From Eledone cirrhosa (taxonomy: Eukaryota), in assembly GCA_964016885.1 (NCBI GenBank), contig OZ024762.1, positions 11,532,001 through 11,596,000 of the forward strand: a stretch of 64,000 nt of DNA, given 5' to 3'. Every line of letters begins with the position of its first letter. Position 1 is the stretch's first letter. Positions 61,269 through 64,000 of the stretch are shown in pieces. The notes beneath the pieces are model-generated. The model searched no databases and had not been told where the DNA came from. It worked only from the letters and a program-made list of their open reading frames with translations. Made by a program: the position numbers and the translations under genes.

Positions 61269-62461
61269 CTACAAAACAGAACAAGTAAGGAGTAAAAAAA
61301 AAAATTCAATTTTTGGGAATGTATTTACTAAAATTATTAATCGTTTCATTACTACAATACTACGATAGTAACTTAACCCTTTAGCATTTAAACTGGCCAG
61401 AATTTTCTCACCTCTTTCTATTAAAACTGGCCATAATCGGCCACTCATACCAATGCTCAGGTATTCTTAAAATAAATAACATCAAAATCTCATAGATTCG
61501 ATATTATGTGAGATAAAGCCTTTGACATGAAAATCCAATAGTATCATCATCATCGTATGTATAGAGTAATGTAAAGGTTATGTGAGATATTATATGAGGT
61601 AAAGCCTTTACTGTGAAAATACAATAGTATATATATAGAGTAATGTAAATGCTAAAGGGGTAACATGTGGTTTTTAACCCTTTTGTGATTATATTTCTAA
61701 TGAAATACTTTCTATTTCAGTTAATAAATGAAGGATTTTGAGGGATTTCCTAAAAATGATTAATAATTTAATTAGTCACTTTAGATTAGTCAGTGGCATT
61801 CTGTCGGTTATGACGATAAGTGTTCCAGTTGTTATAATCAATGGAACAGCCTGCTTGTGAAATTAATATACAAATGGCTGAACATTCCATAACATACAAG
61901 TGGCTGAACATTCCACAAATACTTGTACCGTTAACATAGTTCTCAGGGAGATTCGGCTTGACACAGAATGTGACAATGCTGCTCCTTCGAATTACAGGTA
62001 CAACTCATTTTTCCCAGCTGAGTGGACTGGAGCAACATGAAATAAAGTGTCTTGCTCAAGGACATAACACATAGCCGGGAATCAAACTCACAACCTTACA
62101 ATCATGAGCCGAATACTTTAACCACAAAGCCACGCGCCTTCACTACTAAGACAGTAACTTAACATATTGTTTGGCTACATTTTCATTCATTTCATTTCAT
62201 TTTACGTCCGCTTTTCCCTGCTTGCAAGGGTGGGACGGGAACCGATTCTGGCTTGATTTCTACAGCTGGATGCCCTTCCTAACACCAACCTCATTTACAG
62301 TGAGTGCTGGGTGCTTTTATTCCATGGCACCTACACGACCACTTTGCAGTGGAATGATAGGGACCCCAGTCCCTATCATCTCATTTCTACAGCTGAGTAA
62401 ACAGAGATACAAATTAAAACTGACAACAATAAAAGCACAAAGGAAAAAGCACTGTACTCAC

Positions 62462-62610
62462 ATGAATCCATATATGGAGTTAAAGAACTGCAGGGAGTCT
62501 AGTAATATGTACGAGACACTCCAGAGCAGACTTAACCAAAATACAAAGAGGAGGAAAGTTTTTACAAAATATGAAATACTAGATACAGCTTTGGAACTTG
62601 TGTCTTTCTT
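62462..62610 (-). CDS. PIGU: PIGU exon
   Basis: KKDTSSKAVSSISYFVKTFLLFVFWLSLLWSVSYILLDSLQFFNSIYGF; donor GTGAGT. Confidence 0.85.
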
Positions 62611-62924
62611 CTGATAACAGGCAGACTAGAAGCAAAAAAACAAACAAATACAATTGAGATACAAAGGAATGGCCTACTTATATACATCTATATATATATA
62701 TCTATCTACATATATCTATATCTATACATATATCTATATCTACATATATCTATATCTAGCTATCTCTATATATATAGCTTATTTTAGTTATTGCTCGCAC
62801 CAACCTGAGGTATCTGATTTTTAATGCGATGAAATACCAATGATGCTTGGCAAATCACTGATGAGGGACTAATTTTATAATATGTAATCCATGTGCAACC
62901 ATGCAGTATTCTTCTCCCCATGTT

Positions 62925-62926
<2 letters not shown>

Positions 62927-62974
<48 letters not shown>

Positions 62975-63194
62975 GAAAATGTCTGTCTGTCTGTATGCAT
63001 TTCCACAGTTTCCATCCAATTTTGATACATAGGTTATTTAGCTCTCGGACCATGTCAACATATAGTTTAAATCTTTCTCTTCCCTAAAATAGCAGAGTTC
63101 TGGGGCTATTAAAAGATGGCCATGTTGAGGAGGGACGTGGCCTTTATTTACAGTGGTGAAAGGTGTGCCCACCAACGATGGGCTCGTTTGCTAG
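62927..63194 (+). mobile_element. Non-autonomous Helitron-like element
   Basis: 5' (TA)n-AATGAAAATGTC(TGTC)n; 3' hairpin GCCCA-ccaacga-TGGGC at 63167-63183, then CTAG at 63191-63194 followed by T. The 5' boundary is uncertain. Confidence 0.55.
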
Positions 63195-63443
63195 TATATA
63201 TATATATATATATATATAAGTAGGTTCATTCTACATGCATAGATTAGAGAGAAATGAAGCAACCATGCTTCATTTGATGTGCAATGTAAGTGTGAGAGAA
63301 GCAGAGAAAAAAAGAAGTCTGTAGATGGCAGTGGGAAGATCTGACTGCTATTTCTAGCAGGTTGAGTGACCATATAGAGAGCCTGCCTTAGGTAAAGTGT
63401 CCCAAGGGTTAGAGTTAAGGGTAAATACATAAAATATACTAAC

Positions 63444-63541
63444 CTGGTAGAAATATAAAGCAGCTGGAACACAGAGTACAACAGGGTAAAAACATTCGTA
63501 AGTTGCCATTGCCAAAAATAAAGTTGATAAAATCATTTGGG
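63444..63541 (-). CDS. PIGU: PIGU exon
   Basis: QMILSTLFLAMATYECFYPVVLCVPAALYFYQ. Confidence 0.88.
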
Positions 63542-64000
63542 CTGCAGAGAAATATAGGGACATATCATTGAAAATATTACAAAAGGATTTAAAAAACGAA
63601 TCGGACACATTCCAGTCTCTGGCCAACATACACACTCTCTCTCTGCGTTTTGTATCACTACTACAGTGGTCTCTGTTCATCACAGACCCACTACAGCCTC
63701 TGCCAGACATACATACTCTCTCACTGCTACAAAAAGCACCCAGTCCACACTGTAAAGTGGTCGTGTAGGAGACACTGTAAATGTGGTTGGCGTTAGGAAG
63801 GGCATCCAGCTGTAAAAAAACCTGCCAGAGACACTTCCATGCGAGCAAGACACGGTCTCCCAACCATTCCCACATCAAATGGAGCAAAACCGTCTAACCC
63901 ATGCTAGCGTTGAAGATGGACGTTAAACGATTGATGATGAATCACACACACAGAGAGAAAGAGTGAGTTAGGTAGACAGGTAATCCCATTGAAGAATTAT

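Larger units (their letters stand above)
59292..63541 (-). other. PIGU: Gene model, 5' part outside the window: GPI transamidase subunit PIG-U, last 5 exons
   Basis: [31 protein letters not shown] and WHLWLYAGSANANFYFAITL are PIG-U/Gab1 hallmarks; the exons join in frame. Confidence 0.95.

Overview
This window is eukaryotic, AT-rich and repeat-dense animal DNA, most likely from a cephalopod (octopus-like). That assignment is inferred from the SINE/MITE/microsatellite landscape and was not verified. Four intron-containing genes can be reconstructed by hand from splice sites and reading-frame continuity: (1) the last 9 exons of an MGAT5/GnT-V glycosyltransferase (+, <1..8973); (2) a complete CDK1 (+, 7 coding exons, 23349..29768, 304 aa) with a CCAAT/MYB/CHR-type promoter near 20.1 kb; (3) a complete FIRRM/C1orf112 orthologue (+, 24 coding exons, 34528..57568, 949 aa) whose first coding intron is U12-type; (4) the last 5 exons of PIGU (-, 63541..59292). 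Most ORFs in the supplied track are microsatellite or repeat artefacts. I see no prokaryote-style novel system (no CRISPR, operon or defence locus). The most unusual signals are tandem repeats seeded on splice sites (one gives PIGU an in-frame duplicated acceptor), three long near-perfect intronic hairpins, a MITE family with 6-bp target duplications, and TE segments that turned into the same minisatellite at several loci. All homology calls are from recall of known protein families; no database search was run.
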